A stretch of 64,000 nt of DNA from the NCBI RefSeq assembly GCF_001194135.2, contig NC_068986.1:64815257-64879256 (forward strand), written 5' to 3'. Source of the stretch: Octopus bimaculoides. Its lineage: Eukaryota. A model generated the notes under the pieces. It saw nothing but the letters and a program-made list of their open reading frames with translations, was not told the DNA's origin and searched no databases. This document shows, in pieces, positions 1 through 13,000 of the stretch; position 1 is the stretch's first letter; each line of letters starts with the position of its first letter. The translations under genes and the position numbers were made by a program.

Positions 1-560
1 TGCATTTGCTTGTCCATTTGTTCCCTAAACAATTCAATAAGTTCTACTGTCTGTTTTTCAGCCATTGTTATTACGATGAATAATTTTACGGTAAAGTAAG
101 CATGTATCCTATCGGCGACGCCAATAAACTCTGTTGTATTTCCCTCGGAAGACTCGCAGAGATAACACAATGAGTTGTACAATTTAATTATTACATTTAT
201 TATTCAATTACATACAAAGAACGCACTCACCCAATGTTCGTTATGAATAAACAAGAATCATGTCCGCCATATCTATCAATGACATTTTACTCCGACAGTC
301 ACACAAGACAACAACGATGAAACAATGAACTCAGACGAACCACATTGACACAGGACTTCAGACGAACACAAATCCAACAGTCCATATAACAATTTCTCAT
401 TCTAAGTGTCTAACAATTAGTTCTATCGTTCATGTACATACTGTGTGCACTACACACACGCGTCCCTCACTTCACATTATCAAGTATGGTGACCGAAGAT
501 TTTAATTAGAACCTCAGTTTCCAGCATTTCATTTTCTGTACATATGAAATCCTTCAGTGG

Positions 561-2002
561 TATACAACCAGAACCACGCTAATAACTTAGGAGTGAAATT
601 TAGGATTTCTCGGTTTTCTGCGAATCGATTTTGATAAAAGTTTTCCCTTCTGGTTTGCACTCTATGGCAACACCGTTGTTATGTTTTCATTGTTCTTTTT
701 TTATTTCAGATTTTTCAGTTTTTGGGTGAACCACGCTAATAGAGTCTCTTCTCTCTAAGAACAATGGGACGTGGAAAAGGTCTGAACGGTGAAGAAACGT
801 CTGACATAATGAAGGAAAGTGCTAAATACACCTCTCTTCATGTCATTGCGGAGACGTTAGGCCGTCATGTGGACACGGTTAGACGATTCCTGAAGGACCC
901 TTCGTCAAGGAAGAAATGATCCGCTTGTAGGACCTCCAAGACTGTGACAGCTAGGGATTTAAGGAATATTGACCGCAAGTTACGTGGAAAACCTAGACAA
1001 ACAAGCAGAGCCATTTTCACCGCTTCCGAACCAGAAATTGCATCCTCGGGACCATGGCTTCCGCGCGAGAACCCCTGAAACTGTCTCCTTTAACGCTCCC
1101 TCACAGGAGTTTGAGGCTTCAATGGGCCAAAAAGTTCATGACGTTAGACATGAGTTGTGTTCTGTTCACTGACGAAACCAGGGCGACTCTTGACGGACCT
1201 GATGGTTGGGCAAATGGTTGGGTCTATTTTGAAGATGAGCGTCACCAACGTTTATGATGTCGACAACAAGGTGGAGGAGTCATGTTGTGGGCTGGTATCA
1301 TTGGGGACAGACTTACTGGCCCAGTCAGGATGCCTGAGGGGGTTAAAGTGACCGCAGCCGCCTACTGCAATCTCCTGATCCCTGGCTAGATGACATACTG
1401 CTGCCACTTCTAAGGAATCACGTATTCATGCATGACAACGCTCCCTTCTAGGACCACCCAAACATTACTAGGGTCTTACCGCACACAAGGTGAACAGTTG
1501 ATAGTGTGGCCGCCTGCATCACCGGATTTCTATCGAAAATCTTTGGTCCATTATTTAGTAAGATGTTTATGCTGATGGATGCCAATTTATATTGAAAGAT
1601 GTCTTATGGGCAACCATCAAAACTGCAGCAGAGGCAGTCCAACCTGCTACTATTAAGAAATTGATAGATTCCATGACTAATAGGGTTTTTGAAGTTATCT
1701 GTCGAAATGGTGCTTACGTGGCTAAATAATTCATTATGTCAATAAAGTTATAATGTTATTATGGTTTTCTGTTAAATATATACTCAAAGTATGCTTAATA
1801 AGTATCATTATCCTTCATTTTCTAAAAAAAAAAAAAAGTCTATATGGGCTGCTTTCATCCAAAAGCTATTAGCGTGATTCACCCCCAAATTGAAAAATCT
1901 GAAATAAAAAAGAAAGGACGTTACACAGAATAATGAAAACATAGCAGAAAACCGAGAAATCCTAAATTTCACTTCTAAATTATTAGCGTGGATCTGGGTA
2001 TA
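561..2002 (+). mobile_element. Tc1/mariner-superfamily DNA transposon, decayed, with long IR-DR-type terminal inverted repeats
   Basis: Left TIR ~563-742 and right TIR ~1866-2000 are reverse complements: gtgaaatttaggatttctcggttttctg / cagaaaaccgagaaatcctaaatttcac, and atttcagatttttcagtttttgggtgaaccacgctaatag / ctattagcgtgattcacccccaaattgaaaaatctgaaat. TA lies at both ends and a transposase relic lies inside. Confidence 0.9.
764..1728 (+). pseudogene. Tc1-like DDE transposase pseudogene (stops and frameshifts)
   Basis: Starts MGRGKGLNGEE...IAETLGRHVDTVRRFL (HTH-like). Later frames give VLFTDETRATLDGPDGW, RQQGGG-VMLWAGI, FMHDNAP and WPPASPD..IENLWSII. The D-E spacing cannot be counted because of deletions. 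Confidence 0.88.
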
Positions 2003-3358
2003 GATGTTTTGCACCGATAAATACAGTTCATGGCTGTTTAACATCAAGTCAGTCGTCTATGACCAGACCTATAATCAAAGGTGTTACACCTGTGACAATT
2101 TCGCTAAGGTGTAATGTGAGGGGAATCGTAGCAGCTCCCTCAGTTCGTATTTGAATGAATCTGACTATGGATTAAAATCTCCAGTTACCATATATACAAA
2201 TATTTTAGTTATACAGGTGATACACAAGCCTTTATAGTATTGACGCAAACCGGATAATAATAATAAGTCATTTGAACTTCTTAGTATACATATTATTTCG
2301 TCCTCTCACACCTCTCTACTACATATTTCATCCACCTCCCAATTATATTAATTGTACCTACGACTGAAGTTATCACGTTAACTGTTACGGTTCAGAGATT
2401 CCAGGATAGCTGGTCAGCTGCCATACACTCCTAACAACCCAAGTTAGTTGAACTAGAAGGACCCGAGCAAGTGAATAAGATTACCATATTTTGTTATGAT
2501 TAGAACAATGAATATATCTGATTCATTATCCCTCTCAATTCCACAGGTGTCGACGGTCCTGTACAGAGCCATGGTGTACCTGAGGAAAACAAAACTGTTT
2601 TGCTCAGGCCGAGGTAAACGACTGTCTATCAGCATTCCAGACTAATTCGGAGCTTCCATTTCTTGAGATAATTCGATTTCAGGATTGAAAACCACATATC
2701 TACATCCTAGAGTAAGTGACTAAATTAAATTAACCAATCTGAGCAGCAAAATTGAACATCCAACACACATATTTCACAAGTAACGAAATTTGACAACGTA
2801 GGGGCAATAACTCTGGATGAGACATTTTAGAGTTATTTCCCTTGAATCGTTTAAATATTCCTTGTGAACCCGAAATATTTTCTTAGAGCCAAATGTATTT
2901 TCATTTCAACAAATATATATTTCCTTTCCTTTCTTCTATTTTTAGGAGTAATAGAGGAATTGTATGATGTGACGTATATGACGTTTCTAAGAGTATTAAT
3001 TTTCTAAATGAACTAAAATGAAAATAGAAACTTGCGCAAGATCTCTGCTAGATAGAAGCTTACAACTTATATTTGTTAGTTTGTTATCTTGAAAATACAA
3101 ACATCCTCTTATCTTCATAGCTTATTTGTTGGATGTACTCTAATAAAAAATAATCCTGTGCACCAACCACATATATATTTAGCAATAAAGAAACTACTGC
3201 AAAGCTATGTCATTACAACCAGTATTGGCTTTAATAATGGTTCTCAATCTTCTGTATATTTTTAGTCTTTTCAATACTAAATTGCCCACACGCAAGTTAT
3301 CCAATCAAAATGAAGCTAAAATGGTACCATTGTTAGAATATGTCTTATTCCAATAGTC

Positions 3359-3728
3359 CACTGGTTCTCAACCACTTTTAATCTATGGACCCCTTTGATT
3401 ACTGTTTTGTTCTGGAGTCCCCCACTAGCCATTCAATGTTTAAAAACTAGTTTCATAGATACATCTTGTAAAATTCCTGTTTTGTTTTTCACCCATTCAC
3501 GTGTGTTGGTTTGCAGTAGAACTCTCCGAGAGAACATGTTTCAGTGGCTGGAAACCTGTTGAACTCTGTAAAGCATTAGAGAAAGAAACCTAGTTGTTTC
3601 TTACAATAAGTACATTTAAAACAAACTTTTTTCATGGATCCTTAAAATACTACTGTGGATCCACAATTTACCATTTTGATTGCTTGGATACCCAAAAATC
3701 TTATATGGATCCCAGTTGAGAATCACTG
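3359..3728. mobile_element. hAT (Charlie-like) non-autonomous MITE
   Basis: Ends are cactggttctcaacc and gttgagaatcactg (CAGTGGTTCTCAAC-type TIR). Flanking 8-mers caatagtc / ctatagtt match 6/8, as expected for an aged 8-bp TSD. Confidence 0.7.
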
Positions 3729-4734
3729 CTATAGTTCAATGAAGGTATCTTGATCTGTCAGAACAGTTAAAACACCACCTACAGTCTTAAAAACAGGACA
3801 CAATTGTTCATGTAGTCTAAGATGTACAGAGAGATAAGAGAGTTATATCTGGAGTGTTTTTGGTCATAGCTCTACTTGATCAGAGCTGACCAGTAAGAAT
3901 GTTGTTCCCACCTCGAAGTATTTTGATATGGTTCTTTTTAGAAAATCCTCACAAAATTTACGGAAAAGTAATGTATTAATGGTGGTCATGAAGATGATGA
4001 TGACACAATGTATCCACCCTTACATTGTTTATGCCTTTCAGTTATGCAGCTTATGAAAATAATAATAAGAGTTCTTCTGATTTGTTTTTTTGCCAATGTT
4101 AACTTGGTTGGGATTTTAAACTATACATAAACTAAATTTAATTCATTTAATTATCCCCTAGGGGAGGAGGGTCAAAGGGTTATTAGGTATTATCCCTGCT
4201 CTTCTTCAGATGAATAGCATAAAAACAAAAGTAATGAATAAAACACTAAACATCAACCTTAGAATACTTTAAAGTTTCATATAACCAATTCTGATTTGCA
4301 GATCTTACCAAGGTTGAACTCACAGCTGTTGGCAAAACAAGAGCAAGGAGGGAATTCCAAAGGGATGATGCTCATGGGGCAAGGATTGGGGGTGGGATGG
4401 GGGAATGGTTAATGCAGGGTTCGAAATGACATGGGTGATGATAGGAAGAGAGATGAGAGTGCAGTGTTTCACAAACACCTAACTCTGACAGTTAGAGTTC
4501 ATTTAAGATGGATTGAGGTAATTCTGTGGGATCATTTGAGTTTATTTGATCATTCTTACCCTATCTTCTAAATGTAAATAGCCATGTAGCTTCACTACAA
4601 CAAGACCCTACTTTGCACCCCATCCTCCCATTTTTTAACCCCTCATCTCCCAGCATAAAGCTGCCCCTACCCAGGTGTTCATAGTTTTACAAGCTGTGTA
4701 GCAAATTTACTAGTGCTGGCGAGACAAAAAAGGA

Positions 4735-4882
4735 CCCAGTACATGTTGTGAAGTGGCTGGCATTAAGAAGGACAGAAGCCATGCTAAAGCAGTTATTGAA
4801 GCACGATAGTCGTTGATCCTGTCACACCATCCAACCCATGCCAGCAAGGAACATGGACATTAAATGATGATGATGATGATGG
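4735..4882 (+). mobile_element. 5'-truncated RTE/SINE 3' tail
   Basis: Carries the shared tail ccaacccatgccagca...gacattaaatgatgatgatg, also seen at 8165, 32565 and 42135. Confidence 0.6.
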
Positions 4883-7099
4883 CTTATTAATGCTTTAATT
4901 GTAAGTAATCATAACTATCAAGCAATAAGGAATCAACAGAGTTGATATCTAGACAATTACTTAATCAAGGGATAACATATGTGTAATTAGCAAACAATTA
5001 ACACGTAGGAATATGTCAAGGTAAACAGACATAAATAAGATGAAATAAAACATAGATAGGAAAAATTAGGTTACTGGAGGAATTCAGCATTTACTACGGC
5101 AATTGTTCTCAACCAGGAAATATAAAGTTTGTCACAGATTTCCAAAGTAACAATAGTTATATTTCTAGTTGTGTAGTGTACAGGTTAACAGCAGGAAGGG
5201 CATTTACTAACAGAAACATTGTTTTGACACTACAAATTTGCAAAAAGCAATAAATGTAAAATATAAAATACAGCTAGAAACAATGTGCTTACAAAGTTCC
5301 TTAGAAGCCTCTAAACATGCCATTACTGCTCCTTAACTAATTTTGGAAATTAATGACTGTGTGGTTATGAAGCTTGCTTTGCAACCAGGTGATATACTTT
5401 AGCCTCAAACTGACCAATGCCTTGCAAATGAATTTGGTAGATGGAAACTGTGAGAAAGTCTGTTGTGTATGTGTGTGTGTTTCATGGTAGGACATTTTGA
5501 CTTCTGTTTTTAGCATACAAGGAATCCACTTAGTGGTCTCTCCTCCTATTTATATATATATATATATATGGCAAATAAGAAAATGGAGAGGATACAAAAC
5601 GACAAACTAGAATGTCTACCGGCTGATATATGTCATTTTTGTATCCTCACCATTTTCTTATTTGCCATATAAATTAAGGGTAAACCACTTTTTACCCCAG
5701 CCCATATATAATACTCAATTGCAAGATTGCCACACAATAACCAGCACTTAGGTATGAATAATTGGGCACGCTACCAGCGATATATTGGATAGATACTATC
5801 CCTTAGTTGGTTGGTTTCCCAACCTCTAACTCACACAGATACACACACACACGTGTCTCTTTATCCTCCCCCACCACTTGACAACTGTTAGTTCATTTCC
5901 GTCTCCATATGTAAAAGAGATAAAAGAAGAAAATGATTACTTTGATTTGACTAAACAGAAAGAAGGGGAGAAGAGCAGAAGGAAGAGTAGATTAGATGAT
6001 AAAGCTTCTCTTTTGGTGTCCAACTGAGATGCATAGAAATAACTGCATGGAATTAAAAGAGCTGGTGCCTAATTTGAATTGATATCGATTCAAGTTCAAA
6101 TCAACTGTTAATTTGGAACAATTAATTTCAAACTACAAATATATGAGAAGGAAAACAAGCGAGAAAGGAATCCCCAAATAAGTTATATTGAAGGAGGAAG
6201 AGTTGACACAAGGTATGACTATGAAGATGTTACAGATCAGCATCGTTTCAGTTTACAATTAAGTAGTATTAGGAACATCATCTATTTATAAGATCCTTTG
6301 TGGTTATTTTTCAGCCTCAGGTGAATGTAGCATGAACTACATTATCAAATATATCACTTAAGGTAAATGTAGCTGTTATTTCCAGCTGATTGAGTGACCA
6401 TGTAGAAGCCCCTTCTTTGATCCAAAAGGAATTTCCCTTAACTGTAAAAAAAAAAAATTTGAAGATGCTGGAGCCATTCTAGCATAGAAATGAATCAGAA
6501 TGAAGAATAAGATAATTGAGTTCAAATTTAAATAAATCCAAGATACAAACTCTATCAATAACCAGAATTTACATTTCCACAGATAAAAGCAAAAATAAAA
6601 ATGTGGGGAGAATAAAACATGTAGACTTAAATGTTAGCTTAACAAAAGATTAACGCCATTACTTATGATAGCCATTATATCTTTTATTTTTTACTTGTTT
6701 CAGTCATTAGACTGTGGCCATGCAGGAGCATCACCTTGAAGAATTTTTAGTTGAATGAATCAACTCCAGTACTTATTTTTTGTTAAGGCTGGTATTTATT
6801 CTTCTGTTGAGCTGCTAAGTTATGGGGACATAAACATACCAACACTGGTTGTCAAGTGGTAATGGGGGACATACACACACACACCTATATATTGATATGT
6901 AATTATAAGATCCAAGGATCTAAGTGTAGGAAGTTTGTAAGCTTTGAGCAGTCTGTGGTAGGTATAAAAAACAACATTCAGGAACAATAATAATTTATTG
7001 GCATTGAAGGTTGTAGGCTTTTCCAATATTGAGGCTTGATAAGCTGAAAAATATTTTTCATAACTCATGATTAGCAACCTGAGCTACTATGAATGCAAA

Positions 7100-8207
7100 T
7101 AAAAATCCAAAATAAGGGAGTGTAGCAGGTGAAATTCAGGCTACATGTTTCCTAGCAAGCAGATCCTTTGATGTAATTATTACTTATCCCTTCAGGTAGA
7201 TGGCCATGCTCAATATGTAGAAAAGGCATAGGAAGAAACTCCATAAGATGTCCCTGCTGCAAGCCAATGGCACATAAGAGGTGCAGTAATATCAGAGGAA
7301 CGTTAACAGGGAAAATAGTCTTTGTGTGTGACATATCTACAGAGATACAATAAACACTAGAAATGTACAGAAAATAGATTTTGTCAAATGCCAGAAGGGA
7401 TATCTAGAAGTAGTTGATAGCTTCCGTTATCTAGGTGACCAAGTCAGCAGTGGAGGTGGATACTCCGAGAGTGTAGCTGCAAGAATAAGAATAGGCTGGG
7501 CAAAGTTCAGAGAGCTTCTACCTCTGTTGGTAACAAATGGTCTCTCTCTCTTAGAATGAAAGACAGACTGTATGATGCCTGTGTGTGAATAGCCATGCTC
7601 TATGGCAGTAAAACATGGGCTGTGACTGCAGAGGGCATGCAAAGGCTTGAAAGAAATGAAACCAGTATGCTTCACTGGATGTGCAATGTCAGTGTGCATG
7701 CATGACAGAATGTAAGTGTTTTGAGAGAAAAACTGGACATAAGAGGCATCAAATGTAGTGTGCAAGAGAGATGAAGAGATTAATGTGCTGGTGTGGTCAT
7801 GTGATGTATATGGATGAGGACAGTTGTGTAAAGAAGTGCTGATCTCTGTGGATGGAGCCTGTAGAAGAGGTAGACATTGTCAGTAGCATAATCTTTGAAT
7901 GTTGGGCCTCACAGAGGTGAGGGATGGGCCTCATAGAGGTGACAGCAAGTGACTGAGACCTTTGGCAATATGCTGTGCTTGACTTCTGAAATCATAGTCA
8001 TGACTGTTACCGACACCCATGAAATTGTAGTCATGGCCACTGCTGGTGTCATGTAAAAACCACCCATGACACTCTTGGAGTAGTTGGCTTTAGGAAGGGC
8101 ATCCAGCCATAGAAATCATGCCAAATGGTGCAGCTCTCTGGCTTACTAGTTCCAGTAAAACCATCTAACCCATGCCAGCATGGAAAGCAAACATTAAATG
8201 ATGATGA
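7100..8207 (+). mobile_element. RTE-clade LINE, 3' fragment, degenerate
   Basis: Translates as EVVDSFRYLGDQVSSGGGYSESVAARIRIGWAKFRELLPLL, then LYDACV..AMLYGSKTWAVT. Ends in the (GAT)n tail. Confidence 0.85.
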
Positions 8208-8465
8208 AGGGGTACTCAGCTAGTTACTCAACAGGTTGAAAGTACTTTAATTATATGAAGGTTACAGTGTCCTTAAGGAATCCTAAGTTAACTCACCAAA
8301 AGGGATCTTTCGCCTGACAACCTGCTAGCTGAGTATGCCTCATATAATTATTACATCAGAGGATTTGCTAGCTAGGAAACATATGTAGCCTGGGTTTTAC
8401 CTGCTCCACTCTCTCAATTTGTGTGTATATATATATATGTATGTATATATATGTGTGTATGTAAT

Positions 8466-8623
8466 GGGATTCTTTCAGTTTCCACCTACTAAATCCACTC
8501 GCAAGGCTTTGGTTGGCCCAAGGTTATTGTAGAAGACGCTTGCCTAAGGTGCCATGGAGTGGGACTGAACCTGAACCATGTGGTTGGGAAGCAAGCTTCT
8601 TACCACACAGTCATGTCTGTGCC
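8466..8623 (-). mobile_element. tRNA-derived SINE (abundant family A: gtggtaagaagcttgcttcc...ggttcagtcccact)
   Basis: Reverse complement matches the copies at 20030, 42213, 52283 and 55383. Confidence 0.75.
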
Positions 8624-8779
8624 TGTGGTAAACTTTCTTCCCATTGTCTCTGAAATTTTATCTCTAGCCAGCAGCCTTTGACTTGCACACTATTCAAGAG
8701 AATACTAACCATGTCAATCTCACTAATCTTGGAGAGTCCTTCCTTCAGACCAACCCAATAAAAGATTAAAAAGAAGGGC

Positions 8780-9050
8780 CCATAGCCTTTGGATGCTTTC
8801 TCAGGCTGATGACAGTGATGAATTTGATGTTTAACTTGAACTTCAGTAGGTTGATGCCCTTATGGAAAGTATGGAGGAAGGCAGGAAGTTCCATAGATTT
8901 TGGGTCTGAAAAAGAAAGACTAAGCAAAAAGTATTTAATACTGAAGTTTCTGGAGTGAGATAAAGGAGTTGGAGGTAGGGGTGGGCTTAGGCAGGAGTGT
9001 CAGATTGCTAATTGAGAAGGGGAAGAACCATTGAAGAGTAAGCAAGTGAG
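8780..9050 (-). mobile_element. CR1/L2-group LINE 3' relic
   Basis: Minus strand encodes LWNFLPSS, resembling the FFPRTxxLWNxLP motif at the end of CR1-group ORF2. Confidence 0.45.
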
Positions 9051-9056
9051 TGGGAG

Positions 9057-9060
9057 AGAA

Positions 9061-9113
<53 letters not shown>
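9057..9113 (+). repeat. (GA)n microsatellite
   Basis: Direct reading. Confidence 0.95.
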
Positions 9114-9119
<6 letters not shown>

Positions 9120-9843
9120 TTTTGCCAACAGTTCGATGGCTTTTTCTTTATATTTGATTCAGGCCTGCCCAAACTGAACTGCATTCATGATGCCTCATTT
9201 TTGTTTCAGATATGTCAATATTACATAATACTTGAAAGAAAGGTATTTAAGATGGTCGGGTATTATTTGAATTTAGCTGCTATTTTTGCTGTCACTTTAG
9301 CTTGTAGTCAAGAATTTTGTATCGTAGCTACTCTCTCTCAGATATGTGAAGAGTACTCAAATGTGGAACTCCTTTTAATCATCATCATCATCATTTAATG
9401 TCTGTTGTCCATGCTGGCATAGGTCACGTGGCTCGACCAGAGCTGCACCAGACTCCAGTCTGCCAACCACTTTACAAAGAGTACTGGGCGCTTTTAGGTG
9501 GCACTGCATGGGTGCTTTTACTCAACAAAATATTAACAAGCTATCAAGATGCAGATCTGGTTTTGCTATAAGTATGTATTCACAGATCATCTAGACTGTG
9601 AGGCTTTAGTATTTGCAAAGTTTGTTATGTTTTAGTTATGTGCTGCTAATTGCAGGACCTGCAAAGGCCCTGACACAGCCCCTTCCTCCAAACCAAACCA
9701 TTAAGAACAATGTGATGGTACACGAGGGAAGTATTTCCTTGATATGTGTAGTGTATTTAGGTGGGCCTTCTGAGACAAATGAGATCAATGTTAATATTTA
9801 CCCATAACAGTTGTTGGTTAACAACTGCAGGAATATATATATA

Positions 9844-9985
9844 TGTTACACGTTCATATCTATGTGTATGCGTAGGTATACGTATATATGAATACATCCC
9901 CACTAGTAGTACTATTTTGTTAAGCGCATCTACTAAGCAGTATGAACTGTGTCTAAGGCAGATACGCACAGTGTGTATCACTCCG

Positions 9986-10027
<42 letters not shown>

Positions 10028-10125
10028 TGTTTGTAAACTTGCCAAGTAAATAAACATGTAGAATCATAATAATGCCTTCAGTGAGTTGTTTATTATCCCA
10101 ACACGAACCAAAAGAATACATAACA
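9844..10125 (+). repeat. 5' LTR (282 bp, internal expanded (TA)n)
   Basis: Direct repeat of 13353-13605. I count about 11 substitutions and one 1-bp indel outside the TA tract. Confidence 0.95.
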
Positions 10126-10136
10126 TGGTGGCAGTG
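10126..10136 (+). promoter_or_regulatory. Primer-binding site, probably tRNA-Leu
   Basis: TGGTGGCAGTG lies immediately after the LTR. It is complementary to the ...CACTGCCA-CCA 3' end typical of eukaryotic tRNA-Leu(AAG/TAG), recalled from memory. Confidence 0.7.
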
Positions 10137-10248
10137 ATAAATACTTAATCGAAAACCATGCCTTTACAACAAAACAGGAACACAACAAACCTGAAATTTA
10201 ATAAACTGAATATCGCTTCGTCTTCGGACACACACACAAAGATCCGAA

Positions 10249-10985
10249 ATGGTGGCCCCTGTCGCCGTACTGATGAATCTACATCCGACCATGAACTGTG
10301 ACGGAGATGATATCATGGAAGCGTTCAAGAAATTCAAACAGGAAACTCAACTGGCTTTCAAAAGCTTCCTGAAAGGAACAACTACCGATGAAATGGTAAG
10401 CTACATCCTTTTATGGACAGGAGAGAAGGGCCTAGACCTATTCAATAGTTGGGATACGTCAGAATCAGATTGCAATAATTCAGACACACTTTTAGAGAAA
10501 TTTGAAAGGCACCTAGAGCCCAGATCAAACCATAGAATTCATAGGTATGAATTCCAGGGCCTGAAACAAGACCCACAAAAAACGATTGACAACTTCCTGT
10601 CCAGACAAAAGAATGTTGCCGAGAAATGCAGATTCAAAGACAAGGACGAAAGGATTGTTGATCAACTTATATGGAGGTGTGCTCATAAAGAAATCCAAAA
10701 ATCCCTCATCGGTAAGGATGCTCTCCAATTGATAGAAGCAGTAGACACTGGAAGAGCATTCGAAGCCACTACCAAACAAATGGCCTCACTTTACAAACAA
10801 ACACAATAGGCAGCAGTGTAGATATTTTATCTAGACATAGGACGAAACATACCCACAAATAGAGAACATGCCAGTACTGTGGTACAGAGTATGAGTTCAA
10901 TGACCGGAACAAATGTCCTGCATTCGGTACACACTGCAAAGCATGTGGAAAGCCCAACCATTGGGAAAAAATGTGTAGACTAACA
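10249..10985 (+). pseudogene. Gypsy gag (frameshifted) with two Cys/His knuckles
   Basis: 186-aa ORF includes EAFKKFKQ...YILLWTGEKGLDLFNSW...PRSNHRIHRYEF. Downstream, in a shifted frame: CQYCG..NKCPAFGTHCKACGKPNHWEKMC. Confidence 0.85.
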
Positions 10986-11189
10986 AAATCTCACAAATAC
11001 AAGCCTCAATTTTCAAAGAGGAGCTGTAAGAGAAGACAAAGAGATATACATGCCAAACATCAGGAAGAAAACACCTCAGAGAAGGAATTCTTGGCAGTCG
11101 GCACAATAAATGTACATGAGATGGGAAATGACAACCAGAAAAAAAAAAGAGGCGTATACAACAATACAAATTCAAAAGAAGTCAGGCAA

Positions 11190-11545
11190 AAAACGAATAA
11201 ACATTGACTTAAAGCTAAAGATTGACACTGGAGCCCAGAGTGATATCTTACCTGTCAACCTCTACAAAAAGATGTTCCCAGAACATGATACAAGAGGATA
11301 ATGTCAAAGAAGGAATCCTCACACCAAGTGATGTAATCCTCACTGCATACGGAGGTACCAGGATTCCACAACTGGGCAAAACAACCATCACAGGGACACA
11401 CAAAGGAAAAATAATCAAGTGTTCTTTTTATGTCACAAGAACAGAAGGACCTGCAATTCTTGGACTTGATACCTGTCAAAAGCTTAATATTGTGTCAATC
11501 AACGGTGAAGTGAAGGCAGCTCCAAGCAGGATTGACAGAGATATG
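11190..11545 (+). pseudogene. Gypsy aspartic protease
   Basis: LKIDTGAQSDILP active-site motif, followed by LTAYGGTRIPQLGK...AILGLDTCQKLNIV. Confidence 0.85.
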
Positions 11546-13000
11546 CCTATCAAAAACACCAGCCAGACTACAAAGGCTACTGTTGAGGCTCCAAAAATAC
11601 GACTACAATATCAGATACAAGCCAGGAAAGGACCTGATATTGGCAGATGCTCCTTCCAGACTATCCTCACATGATAAACAGGAGATGGAAGGACTAAGTG
11701 TTAAGGTCCACCACATTGTAAATGTGACAAACACAAAGCTGGAACAAATCAAAGAAGAGACCAGCAAAGATGAAGAACTCCAGCTTCTTACTCAGATGGT
11801 GATTCAGGGGTGGCCAGAGAAGAGGCATCAGGTGCAAACCCTCATTCATGAATATTGGGCCATCCATGATGACATATCAGTGGAGAATGGAATCCTGGTG
11901 GCTGGATAAATAGAAATTCTTGACAAGATCCACCAAGGGCATCTGAGAATGGAAAAATGCAAACTCCGAGTCAGCTGTATATTGGGTAGGTATGTACAAA
12001 GACATAGAAAAGATGGTTTTTACATGTCACATCTGTCAAAAGTACAGAAACTCACAACAAAATGAGGAAATGATATCCAGTGACATTCCAAGAAGGCCAT
12101 GGCAAACTATTGGAATAGATCTGTTCACAGAGAACCAAGAATGATACTTGATTATGGTCTGTTACTACTCCAAATTCCCATTTGTGAGAAAAGTAAAAGA
12201 TCTGAGAGCTAAAACAATAACTACAGTGGCTCGAGGACTTCTAGCAGAGCAAGGAATACCAGAGCAGATCATATGAGACAATGGAACCCAGTTCACATCT
12301 CAGGAATTCAAAAAGCTAGCTGATGAATATGGGTTCAACATTGTAACCTTAGCTCCACACTACCCCAAAGGTCATGGATCCATAGAAAGACAGGTGCAGA
12401 CAGTCAAGAGAACACAAGTCAAATGCCGAGAAACTAAGGAAGACCCACACCTGACATTTTTGTCCCTACAAGCAACACTACTGAGAGCTGACATGAAATC
12501 TCCTGCAGAAATGCTGAATGGCAAGAAATACAAAACCATCTTGCCAACTAAGAACCAACCTCCTATTCACCAGGAAGAGACAAGAGCGAAGCTAGCAGCC
12601 ACTCAAGAACAAGCACAGAAATATTACAACAAACATACACAATATTTACCTGNNNNNNNNNNNNNNNNNNNNNNNNNNNNNNNNNNNNNNNNNNNNNNNN
12701 NNNNNNNNNNNNNNNNNNNNNNNNNNNNNNNNNNNNNNNNNNNNNNNNNNNNNNNNNNNNNNNNNNNNNNCCTGAGATACTTGGAGGACTTCATGTGCAT
12801 ACTCAAGATCCTATAACTAAAACATGGATCCCAGCACAAGTTGTCAGTAGAGCTGAAACTCCAAGATCATACATTATAGAAACTGAATCTGGTAGGCAGC
12901 TGAGACGTAACAGGGCCCACATCCGCCCAAGGCTATCGAGGATAACATGCGCAACACCTGCAGCATCAGTGACAACACCAACAAGAACCACAACACCCAC
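11545..13000 (+). pseudogene. Gypsy RNase H C-terminus plus integrase (stops and frameshifts)
   Basis: Motifs seen: PARLQRLLLRLQKYDYNIRYKPGKDLILADAPSR; HQGH...CHICQ zinc finger; PWQTIGIDLF; DNGTQFTSQEF; ERQVQTVK; C-terminal TKTWIPAQVV..PRSYIIET..LRRNRAHIRP. Confidence 0.85.

Noticed and set aside
487-494. PBS-like TGGTGACC suggesting an LTR in bases 1-485
   Set aside because: No partner LTR, clear CA terminus or gag sequence is visible in the window.
2547-2613. Exon-like segment ccacag|...gag|gtaaac
   Set aside because: It has no recognisable peptide and no neighbouring exons in compatible phase.
5925-6180. Coding-looking purine-rich stretch (ENDYFDLTKQKEGEKSRRKSRLDDK...)
   Set aside because: It is interrupted by stops and I cannot assign any family.
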